From Hyphomicrobiales bacterium (lineage in GTDB: Bacteria; Pseudomonadota; Alphaproteobacteria; Rhizobiales; Methyloligellaceae), in contig JAJFHQ010000097.1 of NCBI GenBank assembly GCA_021775525.1, positions 244-64,243 on the forward strand: a stretch of DNA of 64,000 nucleotides, read 5' to 3'. The translations under genes were made by a program, and so were the position numbers. Positions within the stretch are counted from its first letter, which is position 1. Every line of letters begins with the position of its first letter. The notes under the pieces are model-generated. The model saw nothing but the letters and a program-made list of their open reading frames with translations, made no database searches and had not been told where the DNA came from. Of this stretch, positions 31,209-41,302 are shown in pieces.

Positions 31209-32396
31209 ATGAAACTGAACCGGGGACGTATGTTGTCATCAATGCCGGGACCCTCCGTGATCCCGGACCGCGTGCTTGGTGCGATGCATGTTTCAATGCC
31301 CAATATCTACAAGGGTGCGCTGCTTGAAACCAGCATGAGCATCCTGGATGAACTCCCCTCAATCGTAAGAACCAATGGCCGGGTTTTCATGGCGATCTCG
31401 AACGGTCATGGCGTCTGGGAAATGTCCCTGACGAATACGCTGTGCCGCGGCGACAATGTACTCGTGCTGGAATCCGGCCGCTTTGCCGTGGGCTGGGGCG
31501 AACAGGCGAAGATGCTGGGGGCTCAAATCGAGGTGCTGAATGCGCCCGAACGAGGCCCGATTGACCCTGATGCCGTCGAGGCAAGGCTGCGCGCGGACAA
31601 AGACCACACCATCAAGGCGGTCCTCGCGGTTCAGATCGATACGGCCACGGGGGTGTGGAACGATATTGCCGCCATCAGCAGGGCCATCAAGGCCGCCGGG
31701 CACCCGGCACTCTTCATGGCCGACTGCATCGCATCGGTCGGATGCGTCGAGTATCTCATGGATGAGTGGGGCGTGGATGTGACGATTGGCGCCAGCCAGA
31801 AGGGGCTGATGGTGCCGCCGGGCCTCGGAATTGTCTGGGCCAATGAGAGGGCAATGGCGGCACATGAAAAAGCTGACATGCGAACACCCTACTGGGACTG
31901 GTCGGCGCGCATGTCCGAAGATGCCCACTACAAGCGCTACTGCGGCACGGCACCCGTTCAGCATATTTACGCCATGCGCGCCGCGCTCGACATGATTGCC
32001 GAGGAAGGCCTCGAAGCAATCTGGCAGCGGCACGAGATTTTTGCCGATGCCGTGCGCGCGGCCATCGAAGCCTGGTCGGCTCCCGGCGGGCTGGAGTTCT
32101 ATATCAAAGACCAGGCGCACAGGTCGAATTCGACAACCACGATCCTCAGCGGCTCAGTTGACGCCGTGCGCCTGTGCGAACTCTGCGAACAGGGGGCAGG
32201 ACTGACCATTGGCGTCGGCCTGGGAGACCTGGCGGACAGCTCTTTCCGGATTGGCCATATGGGGCACCTGAACCCGCCCATGCTGCTGGGAACACTCTCG
32301 ACGATTGAGGCAGCGCTTCAGGCGATGGGCGCGCCGCTGGGTGCCTCCGGCGCAGCAGCGGCGACAGCGGTTATCGCGGATGCGATGAAAAATTGA
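31209..32396 (+). CDS. class V PLP-dependent aminotransferase (serine/alanine-glyoxylate aminotransferase-like)
   Basis: It has an MPGPSVIPDRVLGAM N-terminus and a PLP-lysine context GASQKGLMVPPGLG. The start is taken at ATG 31209, and the track start 31179 is also possible. Confidence 0.85.
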   Translation: MKLNRGRMLSSMPGPSVIPDRVLGAMHVSMPNIYKGALLETSMSILDELPSIVRTNGRVFMAISNGHGVWEMSLTNTLCRGDNVLVLESGRFAVGWGEQAKMLGAQIEVLNAPERGPIDPDAVEARLRADKDHTIKAVLAVQIDTATGVWNDIAAISRAIKAAGHPALFMADCIASVGCVEYLMDEWGVDVTIGASQKGLMVPPGLGIVWANERAMAAHEKADMRTPYWDWSARMSEDAHYKRYCGTAPVQHIYAMRAALDMIAEEGLEAIWQRHEIFADAVRAAIEAWSAPGGLEFYIKDQAHRSNSTTTILSGSVDAVRLCELCEQGAGLTIGVGLGDLADSSFRIGHMGHLNPPMLLGTLSTIEAALQAMGAPLGASGAAAATAVIADAMKN

Positions 32397-32433
32397 AATC
32401 CGTTGGTAGACACCGGGAATAAGGTTGAGTTCC

Positions 32434-32700
32434 TCACTCCCCAGGAGCCTTGGTCTTCATTGCCAGGGCATGCACCGCGCCGTTAAGTTCGATTGAGAGT
32501 GCTTCGTTTACAAGCCGGTGGCGTTCTACGCGGGAAAGCCCGGCAAACTTTTCCGAGACGATCTCAACCCGGAAATGGCTCTCGCCCGTGCCAGGTGAGC
32601 CTGCATGGCCGGCGTGGCGGTGAGAATCATTTTCCACCGCAAGACTAAGCGGTTTAAAAGCATCCGTTAGCTTTTCCCTGATAGTCTGTTCCATGCTCAT
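32434..32700 (-). CDS. BolA family protein
   Basis: About 88 aa from ATG 32700 (MSMEQTIREKL...). It shows the BolA pattern VENDSHRHAGHAG...HFRVEIVSEKFAGLSRVERHRLV...HALA. Confidence 0.88.
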   Translation of the reverse strand: MSMEQTIREKLTDAFKPLSLAVENDSHRHAGHAGSPGTGESHFRVEIVSEKFAGLSRVERHRLVNEALSIELNGAVHALAMKTKAPGE

Positions 32701-32794
32701 GTCCGTCTCCGCAAAATAATTTGCAGGCAAAACCCGTCAGCGGCAATCTGTCAAGCTTGTTTCCAGCAATCCAAAACCCCATACTTACCGACTC

Positions 32795-33424
32795 ATGAAA
32801 CTGAACTCGAAATATTTCGACTGCATCCGGGTCAAGCCTGAAGAGGACCGGACTGCGCCCGACGAGACCCCGACCTGTGAATGGCCGGGTTGCCGCCATC
32901 CTGGCGAGCATCCTGCCCCGAGAGGCCGGGGGCGCGAGGGGCAGTATTTCAATTTCTGTACAGCCCATGTGCGCGAGTACAACAAATCATACAATTATTT
33001 CAACGGCATGAGCGATCAGGATGTCGCCGCCTTCCAGAAGGCCAACCTCACTGGCCACCGTCCGACATGGAGCGTAAGCACCAATGGACGCAAGCGCGCC
33101 AGCCAGGATGGCAGCGCTGGCAAACCCGACGCATTCATGCACGGTTTTGGCGTTGATGACCCGTTGGGCGTGCTGGGCAAGGCCACGGGGACTGAAGGTC
33201 CGCGTGATTATGAGACGGCAAAACCGATCCGCAAGGCCGAAAGAAAATGCCTGCGCGCACTGGATCTGGACTCAAGAGCAACCGGCAACGAGATCAAAAC
33301 GCGCTTCAAACTGCTGGTGAAACGGCACCACCCTGATCACAATGGGGGTGACCGCCGGTCAGAGGATAAGTTGCGCGAAGTGATCCAAGCCTATAATTAT
33401 CTGAAAGAAGCTGGCCTCTGCTAG
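32795..33424 (+). CDS. J domain-containing protein (DnaJ-like, C-terminal J domain)
   Basis: 209 aa. It has an N-terminal Cys/His cluster ([12 protein letters not shown]...[10 protein letters not shown]) and a C-terminal J domain with HPD ([14 protein letters not shown]). It lies between bolA and cobS, an arrangement conserved in alphaproteobacteria as far as I recall. Confidence 0.85.
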   Translation: MKLNSKYFDCIRVKPEEDRTAPDETPTCEWPGCRHPGEHPAPRGRGREGQYFNFCTAHVREYNKSYNYFNGMSDQDVAAFQKANLTGHRPTWSVSTNGRKRASQDGSAGKPDAFMHGFGVDDPLGVLGKATGTEGPRDYETAKPIRKAERKCLRALDLDSRATGNEIKTRFKLLVKRHHPDHNGGDRRSEDKLREVIQAYNYLKEAGLC

Positions 33425-33482
33425 GTTCCGGCACGAAATTCCGGGCGTACTCGGGCAGATAAAATCAATTGGACACCCAATA

Positions 33483-34472
33483 ATGACAGTTGCAAGTGAA
33501 GGTGACGCCACAGCCGTGCCCGATATGTCGGTTTCGGTCCGGCAGGTTTTCGGCATCGATTCAGACATGGAAGTTCCGGCCTACTCGCAGATCGAAGAGC
33601 ATGTCCCGGATGTCGATCCCGACTATTTGTTCAACCACGATGTGACACTGGCCATCCTCGCCGGCTTCAAGCACAACCGGCGCGTCATGGTCCAGGGATA
33701 TCACGGGACCGGCAAGTCAACCCATATCGAACAGGTGGCCGCCCGGCTGAACTGGCCCTGCATCCGCGTCAACCTCGACAGCCATGTGAGCCGTATCGAC
33801 CTCATCGGCAAGGACGCAATTGTCATCAAGGACAATATGCAGGTGACGGAGTTCCGCGAGGGCATCCTGCCCTATTCCCTGCAATCGAACACGGCGCTTG
33901 TGTTCGATGAATATGACGCAGGGCGTCCCGATGTGATGTTCGTCATACAGCGTGTGCTTGAAGTGGCTGGCCGGCTAACCTTGCTGGACCAGTCCAAGGT
34001 CATCCATCCACACCCATACTTCCGGCTGTTCTCGACCACCAATACCATTGGCCTGGGCGACACCAGCGGGCTGTATCACGGCACCCAGCAGATCAACCAG
34101 GGTCAGATGGACCGGTGGAACATCGTCACCGTGCTCAACTACCTGCCCCATGACGATGAAACCGCCATCATTCTGGCCAAGGTCAAGGGCTACCAGAATG
34201 ACGAAGGACGCAAGACGGTCAGCAACATGGTCCGCGTCGCGGACCTGACCCGCTCGGCCTTCATCAATGGCGATCTCTCGACGGTGATGAGTCCGCGCAC
34301 GGTGCTTATCTGGGCGGAGAATGCCGAGATTTTCGGCGACATAGGGTTCGCCTTCAATCTCACATTCCTGAACAAATGTGACGAGTTGGAGCGCGGTCTG
34401 GTGGCGGAATTCTACCAGCGCTGCTTCGGCGAGGAATTGCCGCAGTCCACCGCCAATGTTGCCTTAAGCTAG
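33483..34472 (+). CDS. cobS: cobaltochelatase subunit CobS-like AAA+ ATPase
   Basis: 329 aa with a Walker A motif [15 protein letters not shown] and a Walker B motif [14 protein letters not shown]. It is immediately upstream of cobT. Confidence 0.9.
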   Translation: MTVASEGDATAVPDMSVSVRQVFGIDSDMEVPAYSQIEEHVPDVDPDYLFNHDVTLAILAGFKHNRRVMVQGYHGTGKSTHIEQVAARLNWPCIRVNLDSHVSRIDLIGKDAIVIKDNMQVTEFREGILPYSLQSNTALVFDEYDAGRPDVMFVIQRVLEVAGRLTLLDQSKVIHPHPYFRLFSTTNTIGLGDTSGLYHGTQQINQGQMDRWNIVTVLNYLPHDDETAIILAKVKGYQNDEGRKTVSNMVRVADLTRSAFINGDLSTVMSPRTVLIWAENAEIFGDIGFAFNLTFLNKCDELERGLVAEFYQRCFGEELPQSTANVALS

Positions 34473-34490
34473 ACCAGACCCGAGGACCCC

Positions 34491-36374
34491 ATGGTGTCCA
34501 CACCCAAAGGCAAGGATGCACCAGCGGAGCCGTTCAAGCGCGCACTGGCGGCAGCCACGCGCTCGATCGCCGGCGACGACGAGATGCAGGTGGTGTTCGG
34601 CTCTGACCCGCCGGGCCTCAACGACCATGTTGCCCGCCTGCCCGAACCCTCGCGCCAACCCGACACCCAGGAAATTGCCTCGATCAGGGGGCATGCGGAT
34701 TCGCTCGCACTCCGGGCCGCCTGCCATGATGAAAAACTGCACCGCAAAATCGCCCCGCACTCGGGCAGCGCGCGCACGGTGTTCGAAGCCGTCGAGCGCG
34801 CTCGTATTGAATCCATTGGCGCCAGGGCCATGCCGGGCATGGCGCAGAACCTGAGCGCCAAGATCGAAAGCCAGTATGCGCGCAGCACCTACCAGGACAT
34901 TTCTGACCGTGAACAGGCGCCGCTCGATGAAGCGCTGGCGCTGATGGTTCGTGAGCGTCTGACGGGTGAGGCGCCGCCTGCAAATGCACAACCCGTCGTC
35001 GACATTTGGCGCCCGTGGATTGAGGAGCGCGCCGGGGATGCCATATCGCACATGGACAAGCAAATAAACGACCAGGCCGCTTTCGGGCGCCTGATACGCG
35101 ACCTGCTGACATCGCTGGAGCTGAGCGATGAATTTGACCCCACCGACCAGGAAGATGGTGACGAGGACGACGCCGAAAGCCAGGAGTCCCCGGCTGAGGG
35201 CGGCGAGGATGAAGACGGCAGTGAACAGGGCGAACAGCGCGGCGACGAGCAGGGCCTTGGCGAGGGCGAGGGTGGCGAAGAGATGGACATGGCCGACCTC
35301 GACGCACTCGACCAGATGGACGGTGAGGCAGAAGGCGATGGCCAGCCCCAGGACGCGACACCGCGCCGGCCCAACCTTTCGGTGCTCGATGATCCGGGCG
35401 CCTTTGGTTACAAGGTCTATAGTCAGGCCCATGACGAAATCCTCAATGCCGATGATTTGTGCGACGCAGACGAGCTTGAGCGCCTGAGGGCTTTCCTCGA
35501 CAAGCATTTGCAAAGCCTGCACGGGGCCGTCTCGCGGCTTGCCAACCGTTTGCAGCGCAAACTGCTGGCCCAGCAGAACCGCGGCTGGGATTTCGACCTT
35601 GATGAAGGCATGCTGGATGCAGCGCGGCTGCCCCGGGTTATCATCGACCCGATGCACGCACTCTCATTCATGCAGGAACGCGACACCGATTTCCGCGACA
35701 CCGTTGTGACCCTGCTGCTGGACAATTCCGGCTCCATGCGCGGGCGGCCAATCATGGTCGCAGCCTGTTGCGCCGATATCCTGGCGCGCACGCTGGAGCG
35801 CTGCGGTGTGAAGGTGGAAATTCTTGGTTTCACAACGCGCGCCTGGAAAGGCGGGCAGAGCCGCGAGAAGTGGCTCGCCGACAACAAGCCGGCCACCCCG
35901 GGACGGCTCAATGATTTGCGCCATATCATCTACAAGCCCGCCGATGCACCGTGGCGGCGCGCGCGCCGCTCGTTGGGTCTGATGATGCGCGAAGGGCTGC
36001 TGAAGGAAAATATCGACGGCGAAGCGCTCGCATGGGCGCATAACCGCTTGCTGGCCCGCCCCGAGCAACGTCGCATCCTGATGATGATTTCTGACGGCGC
36101 GCCGGTTGATGATTCAACGCTATCCGTGAACTCCGGCTCGTACCTTGAGCAGCATCTGCGCCAGGTCATCGAGGAGATTGAAACGCGTTCGCCGGTGGAG
36201 CTCATCGCCATTGGCATCGGCCATGACGTCACCCGCTATTACCGCCGCGCTGTCACCATTACCGATGCGGAGGAGCTCGCCGGTGCAATGACCGACAAGC
36301 TGGCCGAGCTGTTCGAGGAAGGCAATAGCGCCCGGGCTGGCAGGCCTGCGCGCGGGTCTCGGCGGCTGCATTGA
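34491..36374 (+). CDS. cobT: cobaltochelatase subunit CobT-like (acidic linker plus vWA domain)
   Basis: 627 aa. It has a highly acidic central stretch ([36 protein letters not shown]...) and a C-terminal vWA domain with the MIDAS motif LLLDNSGSM. Confidence 0.9.
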   Translation: MVSTPKGKDAPAEPFKRALAAATRSIAGDDEMQVVFGSDPPGLNDHVARLPEPSRQPDTQEIASIRGHADSLALRAACHDEKLHRKIAPHSGSARTVFEAVERARIESIGARAMPGMAQNLSAKIESQYARSTYQDISDREQAPLDEALALMVRERLTGEAPPANAQPVVDIWRPWIEERAGDAISHMDKQINDQAAFGRLIRDLLTSLELSDEFDPTDQEDGDEDDAESQESPAEGGEDEDGSEQGEQRGDEQGLGEGEGGEEMDMADLDALDQMDGEAEGDGQPQDATPRRPNLSVLDDPGAFGYKVYSQAHDEILNADDLCDADELERLRAFLDKHLQSLHGAVSRLANRLQRKLLAQQNRGWDFDLDEGMLDAARLPRVIIDPMHALSFMQERDTDFRDTVVTLLLDNSGSMRGRPIMVAACCADILARTLERCGVKVEILGFTTRAWKGGQSREKWLADNKPATPGRLNDLRHIIYKPADAPWRRARRSLGLMMREGLLKENIDGEALAWAHNRLLARPEQRRILMMISDGAPVDDSTLSVNSGSYLEQHLRQVIEEIETRSPVELIAIGIGHDVTRYYRRAVTITDAEELAGAMTDKLAELFEEGNSARAGRPARGSRRLH

Positions 36375-36376
36375 GC

Positions 36377-37420
36377 ATGGCGCACATGCATCGCGCGACC
36401 CTGACCCTGTTGACCACATTTTGCGCGCTCGCCGTGTTATGGGCCTCCCCCAGCCAATCTAAACCCATCAAACCTCTACCTGACAACCAGGCAATCAAGA
36501 TCAGGTCGGAGCAGGTCTTGTTTGACCGGGACAAACCGCGCAAAACCCGGTTCGGCAAGCTGGAATGGCTTGGCACCCTGAAGCTCACCTCGCCCTCCCC
36601 ATATTTCGGGGGCTATTCCGGCCTCGTGCTGGACAAGACCGGCACCATGCTCCTCGCCGTCTCCGACAAGGGGAGTTGGCTGAGCGCCCGGCTCAGATAT
36701 CACGAAGGACGTCTGGAAAAGCTGACTGAGGCTATAATCGGACCGTTGCGCGGCACCAATAGAAAGCCGCTGAAGGGAAGAAAATCCGTCGACGCTGAAG
36801 CCATCGTGATGAAACAGTCCGGCAGCGTGACCGGCACGGCCTTTATCGCGTTCGAGCGCAGACATCGCATCGCAGTCCACGAGGTCACCAGGAACGGGAT
36901 CGGGCCCGCCAAGCGGCATCTCAAACTCCCTGCAAGAGTAAACTCGATCAAGGGGAACATTGGACTCGAGGGCCTCGAAATGCTGCGCGCCGGGCCGTTG
37001 AAGGGAACCCTGCTCGCCTTCACCGAGGAATATCTGGACGGGGAGGGCGACCATATTGGCTGGCTGATCGGCGGGCGGAAACCGGGACGGATCATGCTGA
37101 AGCGGCGCGGCGGTTTTGCCATCACCGACCTGGCCAGCTTTCCCGGCGGCGACGTGGTGGTGCTTGAGCGCCGCTTTCGCTTTACCGAGGGTGTCAAGGT
37201 GCGCCTGCGCCGCATCGCGCTCAAAGATATAAAAAGGAGCGCAAGGCTGGATGGAGACGTTCTTCTCAAGACGGACGATCTGCGTGAAATCGACAATATG
37301 GAAGCCTTGGCGGTCCACCGCGACGGACGAGGACGCACAATCCTCACCATCATGTCCGATGATAATTTCAACAGAACCTTCCAGCGCACATTGCTGATGC
37401 AGTTCGCGATTGTGGAGTAG
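36377..37420 (+). CDS. esterase-like activity of phytase family protein (secreted)
   Basis: It has a signal peptide MAHMHRATLTLLTTFCALAVLWASPSQS and beta-propeller-like blocks (GGYSGLVLD..., GLEGLE..., ITDLASFPGGDVVVLERR..., NMEALAV, SDDNFN). The track start TTG 36371 overlaps the cobT stop, so ATG 36377 is preferred. Confidence 0.75.
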   Translation: MAHMHRATLTLLTTFCALAVLWASPSQSKPIKPLPDNQAIKIRSEQVLFDRDKPRKTRFGKLEWLGTLKLTSPSPYFGGYSGLVLDKTGTMLLAVSDKGSWLSARLRYHEGRLEKLTEAIIGPLRGTNRKPLKGRKSVDAEAIVMKQSGSVTGTAFIAFERRHRIAVHEVTRNGIGPAKRHLKLPARVNSIKGNIGLEGLEMLRAGPLKGTLLAFTEEYLDGEGDHIGWLIGGRKPGRIMLKRRGGFAITDLASFPGGDVVVLERRFRFTEGVKVRLRRIALKDIKRSARLDGDVLLKTDDLREIDNMEALAVHRDGRGRTILTIMSDDNFNRTFQRTLLMQFAIVE

Positions 37421-37446
37421 TCTGCGTTAGCTCCGAAAGCGGACAT
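37419..37446. repeat. degenerate copy of the ATGTCCGCTTT...AAAGCGGACAT hairpin repeat
   Basis: The right arm CCGAAAGCGGACAT (37433-37446) is identical to the copy at 63152-63166. The left arm is degenerate (GTCTGCGTT versus GTCCGCTTT). It lies directly after the stop codon of the preceding gene. Confidence 0.35.
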
Positions 37447-37550
37447 CCGGTAAGGCTGCCAACAGAGGCCGCTATGGATGACGGTTTTTACATTACTCAA
37501 ACTCTTCCCCTTCCGCCCATTTCTGCTACTCTCTAAGTCCGCTCTATGTG

Positions 37551-37713
37551 TGGCTAGGGTTCCGCTGTTTTCTCAGGTCTGGACCGAGCGCCACGAAACG
37601 CCGCGATGTAAAACACGCGGCAGACACCTTAAAGACGAGAAAGCTAGGGGGGATAGGCGGGTGCGGTTTCGCACGGCCCATATCTCGCGACCTGACGTCT
37701 TTAAGGTGACCCC
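37551..37713 (+). promoter_or_regulatory. candidate ykkC/yxkD-family (guanidine-I-like or variant) riboswitch with SD-sequestering expression platform
   Basis: CTAGGGTTCCG (37554-37564) and CTGGACCGAGCG (37579-37590) match the two invariant 5' blocks of the ykkC motif as I remember them (CUAGGGUUCCG, CUGGUCCGAGAG). A GC hairpin GCCGCG-N10-CGCGGC lies at 37600-37621. CACCTTAAAGACG (37625-37637) is perfectly complementary to CGTCTTTAAGGTG (37696-37708), which covers the SD 5 nt before ATG 37714. The 3' half deviates from the guanidine-I consensus. Confidence 0.45.
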
Positions 37714-38571
37714 ATGACAACTCTTGCACTTGCACTCGTACTCGCCGCCGCATGCTGCCACGCGACCTGGAATTTTCTCGTCAAGCGTATCAATGGCGGT
37801 CCGGAACTGGTCTGGCTGTTCTCGGTCATTGCCGCAATCTTGTATCTGCCAATGGCAATCTGGGTTTTCGTCGTGCAACAGCCGGTGCTGGGTGCAAAGG
37901 AAATCGCTTTCTGCATCATCAGTTCCACTCTGCATATGGCGTATTTCCTGCTGTTGCAGCAGGGCTACCGAAGGGGCGACTTGTCGCTTGTCTACCCCAC
38001 GGCGCGGGCGACCGGGCCTCTGCTATCCACCGGTTTCGCAGTCGCCATATTGGGGGAGCACCTCACCTGGCCGATATTTCTAGGATCGTTGTCCATCGTG
38101 GTCGGAGTTGTGTTTCTCACCGGCGGCTTCAAGCATGGCGTGAGCAATATGACCTCTTCGCTTCTGTTCGGTCTGTCGGCCGGATTCATAATCGGCGCCT
38201 ACACCGTCTGGGATGCCTACACGGTGAAGGTTCTGCTGGTGTCGCCATTGCTGCTTGATTATTCGTCAAGCCTGCTGCGGGCGAGCGTTCTGGCCCCCGT
38301 CGCACTGCGCCGCCGAGAGCTCGTCAAGCAGCAATGGCGCGATCACCGGATGGCTGTACTCGGCATCGCCGTTTTCAATCCCCTCGCCTATATCCTCGTC
38401 CTTATCGCCCTCACCTTCACGCCAGTTGTGTATGTCGCCCCGGCGCGCGAAGTGAGCGTGCTGATAACCGTTATGGTGGGCACGCTGGTGCTGGGTGAAG
38501 GTGACTTCAGAAACCGCATGGGTTGGGCAAGCCTTATACTGATTGGCATGATCCTGCTGTCTGTATCATGA
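37714..38571 (+). CDS. DMT superfamily transporter (EamA-like, about 10 TM)
   Basis: 285 aa and hydrophobic throughout, with two EamA-like halves (AACCHATWNFLVK..., LSLVYPTARATGPLLS...). An AAGGTG SD lies 5 nt upstream. Confidence 0.8.
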   Translation: MTTLALALVLAAACCHATWNFLVKRINGGPELVWLFSVIAAILYLPMAIWVFVVQQPVLGAKEIAFCIISSTLHMAYFLLLQQGYRRGDLSLVYPTARATGPLLSTGFAVAILGEHLTWPIFLGSLSIVVGVVFLTGGFKHGVSNMTSSLLFGLSAGFIIGAYTVWDAYTVKVLLVSPLLLDYSSSLLRASVLAPVALRRRELVKQQWRDHRMAVLGIAVFNPLAYILVLIALTFTPVVYVAPAREVSVLITVMVGTLVLGEGDFRNRMGWASLILIGMILLSVS

Positions 38572-38626
38572 CGGGTAGCGCGAGCGCTGTTAGTTGCATC
38601 GAATCAGGTAAGCTTGTTTAGATGGA

Positions 38627-40159
38627 GTGATCGCCTTGATACGGATGGCACAAACTCAACCGCAAAATAAACTGCTGCCGGGCACGCAGCCAGCGCCTCC
38701 CGTGAAGGCACCGCTCGTCTCGCCGGAAGAAATTTCCCAGCCGATGCCAAAGACCAACGTGATCCCGGAATTCGACCTTGAGAAAATCCTTCTCGATATG
38801 TCGGAGAACGCTCTCGCCACTATTGAAGCGCTGGCAACGCCATGGTCCTTTCTGCAGTTGCTGGTCGTGCTGCTCTGTTTCGGCCTCGCCCGGTTCATCT
38901 CCATCCAGACCACGCCCTTGCTTGAGGAACGGCTGAGGCACATCGAAGACCAGCCGCAATTGCAGCGCACGCTGGTGATTCCGCTGCGGCGGCTGACCTG
39001 GATCCTGTTCGCGCTGTTCTTGTGGGTAGCCGCTTATCTGCTGCGTGAAGTCACATGGCCGAGCCGTGGCTACTATGTGGGCCTGGCGGCGACCCTCGCC
39101 ATGGTTGGCATTGTCATCTCGGTGATCTCTCGGTTCATCCGCAACCGCTCGCTGGCCAACTTGTTCACCTATTCCGCATGGGCCATTGCCGGGCTTCACA
39201 TCATCGGCCTGCTGAACCAGACGCTTTTTGCCCTGGATGCCGTCGCGTTCTCAATAGGCGAATTCCGTCTTTCCGTGCTGGCCGTGATGAAAGCGATTTT
39301 GTTCCTCACCGTCCTGATCTGGCTCGCCACGATTGTCGGAAATTTTCTGGAACGCCGCCTGCGGCAGAACGAAGATCTGGCGCCAGCCCTTCAGGAACTG
39401 CTGAGCAAGTTCATCAAGTTTACGCTACTGACCATTGCCGTGCTCGGCACGGTTTCAGCGGTAGGGATCGATCTCACCGCGCTGACCGTGTTTTCGGGCG
39501 CGCTCGGACTGGGTATCGGCTTCGGCCTGCAAAAGATCGCATCAAACCTCATCAGCGGCATCATCATCCTGTCTGACCGCTCTATCAAACCGGGCGACGT
39601 GATCTCTCTGGGCAGCACCTTCGGATGGATCAATTCGCTCAACTCCCGCTACGTGTCGGTCATCACGCGCGACGGGGTTGAATACCTCATTCCCAACGAG
39701 AGCTTTGTCTCCGAGCAGGTCGTCAACTGGTCCTATTCCAACAGGAACATTCGGCTGGAGATCAAGTTCGGGGTCAGTTACGACACCGACCCGCATCTAC
39801 TGAAAAAAATCGCGGTCGAGAATGTCATGAATCTTGAACGTGTACTGGAACGCCCAGCGCCCGTGTGCCATATCGTCAGCTTTGGCGACTCCTCGATCGA
39901 TTTCGTACTACGGTTCTGGATTCGCGACCCCAAGAACGGACTTACCAATATTCGAGGCGATGTTTTCCTGACGCTGTGGGATGCCTTCCATAACTACGGT
40001 ATCGACATCCCCTACCCGCACCGCAAACTCATTTTCCCTGACGATGCAAAGAAAACGGCGAAGACAGCGACAGGGGGCAAGGCGAAGGCCGCCACGGGCA
40101 CGATGCGAAAGTCCAGGCCGAAGAGCCGCCGGGCGGCTACATCGCGTGTGAAAAAGTAA
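38627..40159 (+). CDS. mechanosensitive ion channel family protein (MscS-like)
   Basis: 510 aa. Several N-terminal TM helices are followed by the MscS core (ALGLGIGFGLQKIASNLISGIIILSDRSIKPGDVI...) and a basic tail. The start is GTG 38627 or ATG 38645. Confidence 0.88.
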   Translation: MIALIRMAQTQPQNKLLPGTQPAPPVKAPLVSPEEISQPMPKTNVIPEFDLEKILLDMSENALATIEALATPWSFLQLLVVLLCFGLARFISIQTTPLLEERLRHIEDQPQLQRTLVIPLRRLTWILFALFLWVAAYLLREVTWPSRGYYVGLAATLAMVGIVISVISRFIRNRSLANLFTYSAWAIAGLHIIGLLNQTLFALDAVAFSIGEFRLSVLAVMKAILFLTVLIWLATIVGNFLERRLRQNEDLAPALQELLSKFIKFTLLTIAVLGTVSAVGIDLTALTVFSGALGLGIGFGLQKIASNLISGIIILSDRSIKPGDVISLGSTFGWINSLNSRYVSVITRDGVEYLIPNESFVSEQVVNWSYSNRNIRLEIKFGVSYDTDPHLLKKIAVENVMNLERVLERPAPVCHIVSFGDSSIDFVLRFWIRDPKNGLTNIRGDVFLTLWDAFHNYGIDIPYPHRKLIFPDDAKKTAKTATGGKAKAATGTMRKSRPKSRRAATSRVKK

Positions 40160-40178
40160 CGGAAAATGAGGTAAGGCC

Positions 40179-40799
40179 CTAAGCCTTGCGGAAGATCAGC
40201 GAGAAATTGTTGGCCGGCATCTCCACGGCCTCAGTCATAAGAAACCCACAGGGTTCAGCAGCACGCTCCACCTCGCCCATATCACGGACGCCCCACGACT
40301 CGTTCTGATCCTTCAGCCACCGCTCGAATTTGATATTGCTTTTTGCCGTGTGAACGCCGTCTACGCGATAAGGGCCGTAGAGATATAACTTTCCGCCTTG
40401 CACCAGCAGTTCGCCCGCACCGCGCAGCAATCCAAGCGTCACCTCCCAGGGCGCAACATGAACAAGGTTGATGGCCAGAACCGCGTCGAGCGGTCCATTG
40501 ATCTGCTCATGCCAATCCGCGCGGGTCATGTCGAGATTCCGTGGTGGCGCGAGATTTCCCAGCGCAGCTTTTTCGCCCCACGCCGAGATGCTGTCCCGGG
40601 CAACTTCATCCATGTCGCTGGGAATCCAGTCGATATCGGGAAATGATTTTGCAAAGGCGGTGACATGCTCGCCTGACCCGCTGGCAATTTCCAGCGCGCT
40701 GCCGGATGGCGGCAGACATGTTTCCAGTGCCTCAAGGATGGGCGCCAGGTTGCGCCCTGCCGATGGGGAAAACAGCAGGCGGGGGTCTTGAGGGCTCAG
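40179..40799 (-). CDS. DUF938-type class I SAM-dependent methyltransferase with a non-canonical start
   Basis: The canonical-start ORF is only 40179..40613 (144 aa). The same frame is open up to 40820 and encodes a typical DUF938 N-terminus plus the SAM-binding motif ([21 protein letters not shown]...[12 protein letters not shown]). There is no ATG/GTG/TTG in that stretch. CTG 40799 overlaps the rpmB stop codon (CTGA). Confidence 0.6.
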   Translation of the reverse strand: MSPQDPRLLFSPSAGRNLAPILEALETCLPPSGSALEIASGSGEHVTAFAKSFPDIDWIPSDMDEVARDSISAWGEKAALGNLAPPRNLDMTRADWHEQINGPLDAVLAINLVHVAPWEVTLGLLRGAGELLVQGGKLYLYGPYRVDGVHTAKSNIKFERWLKDQNESWGVRDMGEVERAAEPCGFLMTEAVEMPANNFSLIFRKA

Positions 40800-41086
40800 G
40801 AGGCCGAGGCTTGCGCTTTTTCAACAAGCCGCTTGATACGGCGTGCCTTTAGCGACAACTCGTTTGCCTTGGCCTTTTTCAGGAACGCATCAAGCCCGCC
40901 ACGGTGCTCAACTGTACGCAGTGCATTGGCACTGACACGCAGCCGGATAGAGCGGCCAAGGGCTTCGCTCAGCAAGCTGGTGTTGCACAAGTTGGGCAAA
41001 AAGCGCCGGCGGGTCCGGTTATGTGCGTGAGAGACATTGTTGCCTGTCATGACTGCCTTGCCGGTAAGTTCGCAAACCCGGGACAT
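40796..41086 (-). CDS. rpmB: 50S ribosomal protein L28
   Basis: 96 aa. It reads [33 protein letters not shown]..., the canonical L28 N-terminus. Confidence 0.97.
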   Translation of the reverse strand: MSRVCELTGKAVMTGNNVSHAHNRTRRRFLPNLCNTSLLSEALGRSIRLRVSANALRTVEHRGGLDAFLKKAKANELSLKARRIKRLVEKAQASAS

Positions 41087-41302
41087 GAAAATGCTCCTGA
41101 AAAGTCGAAAAGTGTCTGAAGTAACAGAAGGCGCGATGATATACGGCCCTAGCGCTCAGCCGTCAAGGCGAGCAGGGACATGCAAGCGTAATGTTTGTAC
41201 CATAAGCTGAACTGTTGCAGTCTGGAGCATGTGCTAACACATAATTGACGAATTCAAGCAATAACCAAGGCAATTCCCTGGTGCGCACAGGCAGCCCTTA
41301 AG

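Noticed and set aside
37478-37717. 79-aa ORF (and minus-strand ORFs 37544..37753 and 37573..37935) covering the DMT leader region
   Set aside because: They overlap the ykkC-like RNA element and its anti-SD helix. The translations have no protein-like features, and an RNA-level explanation fits better.
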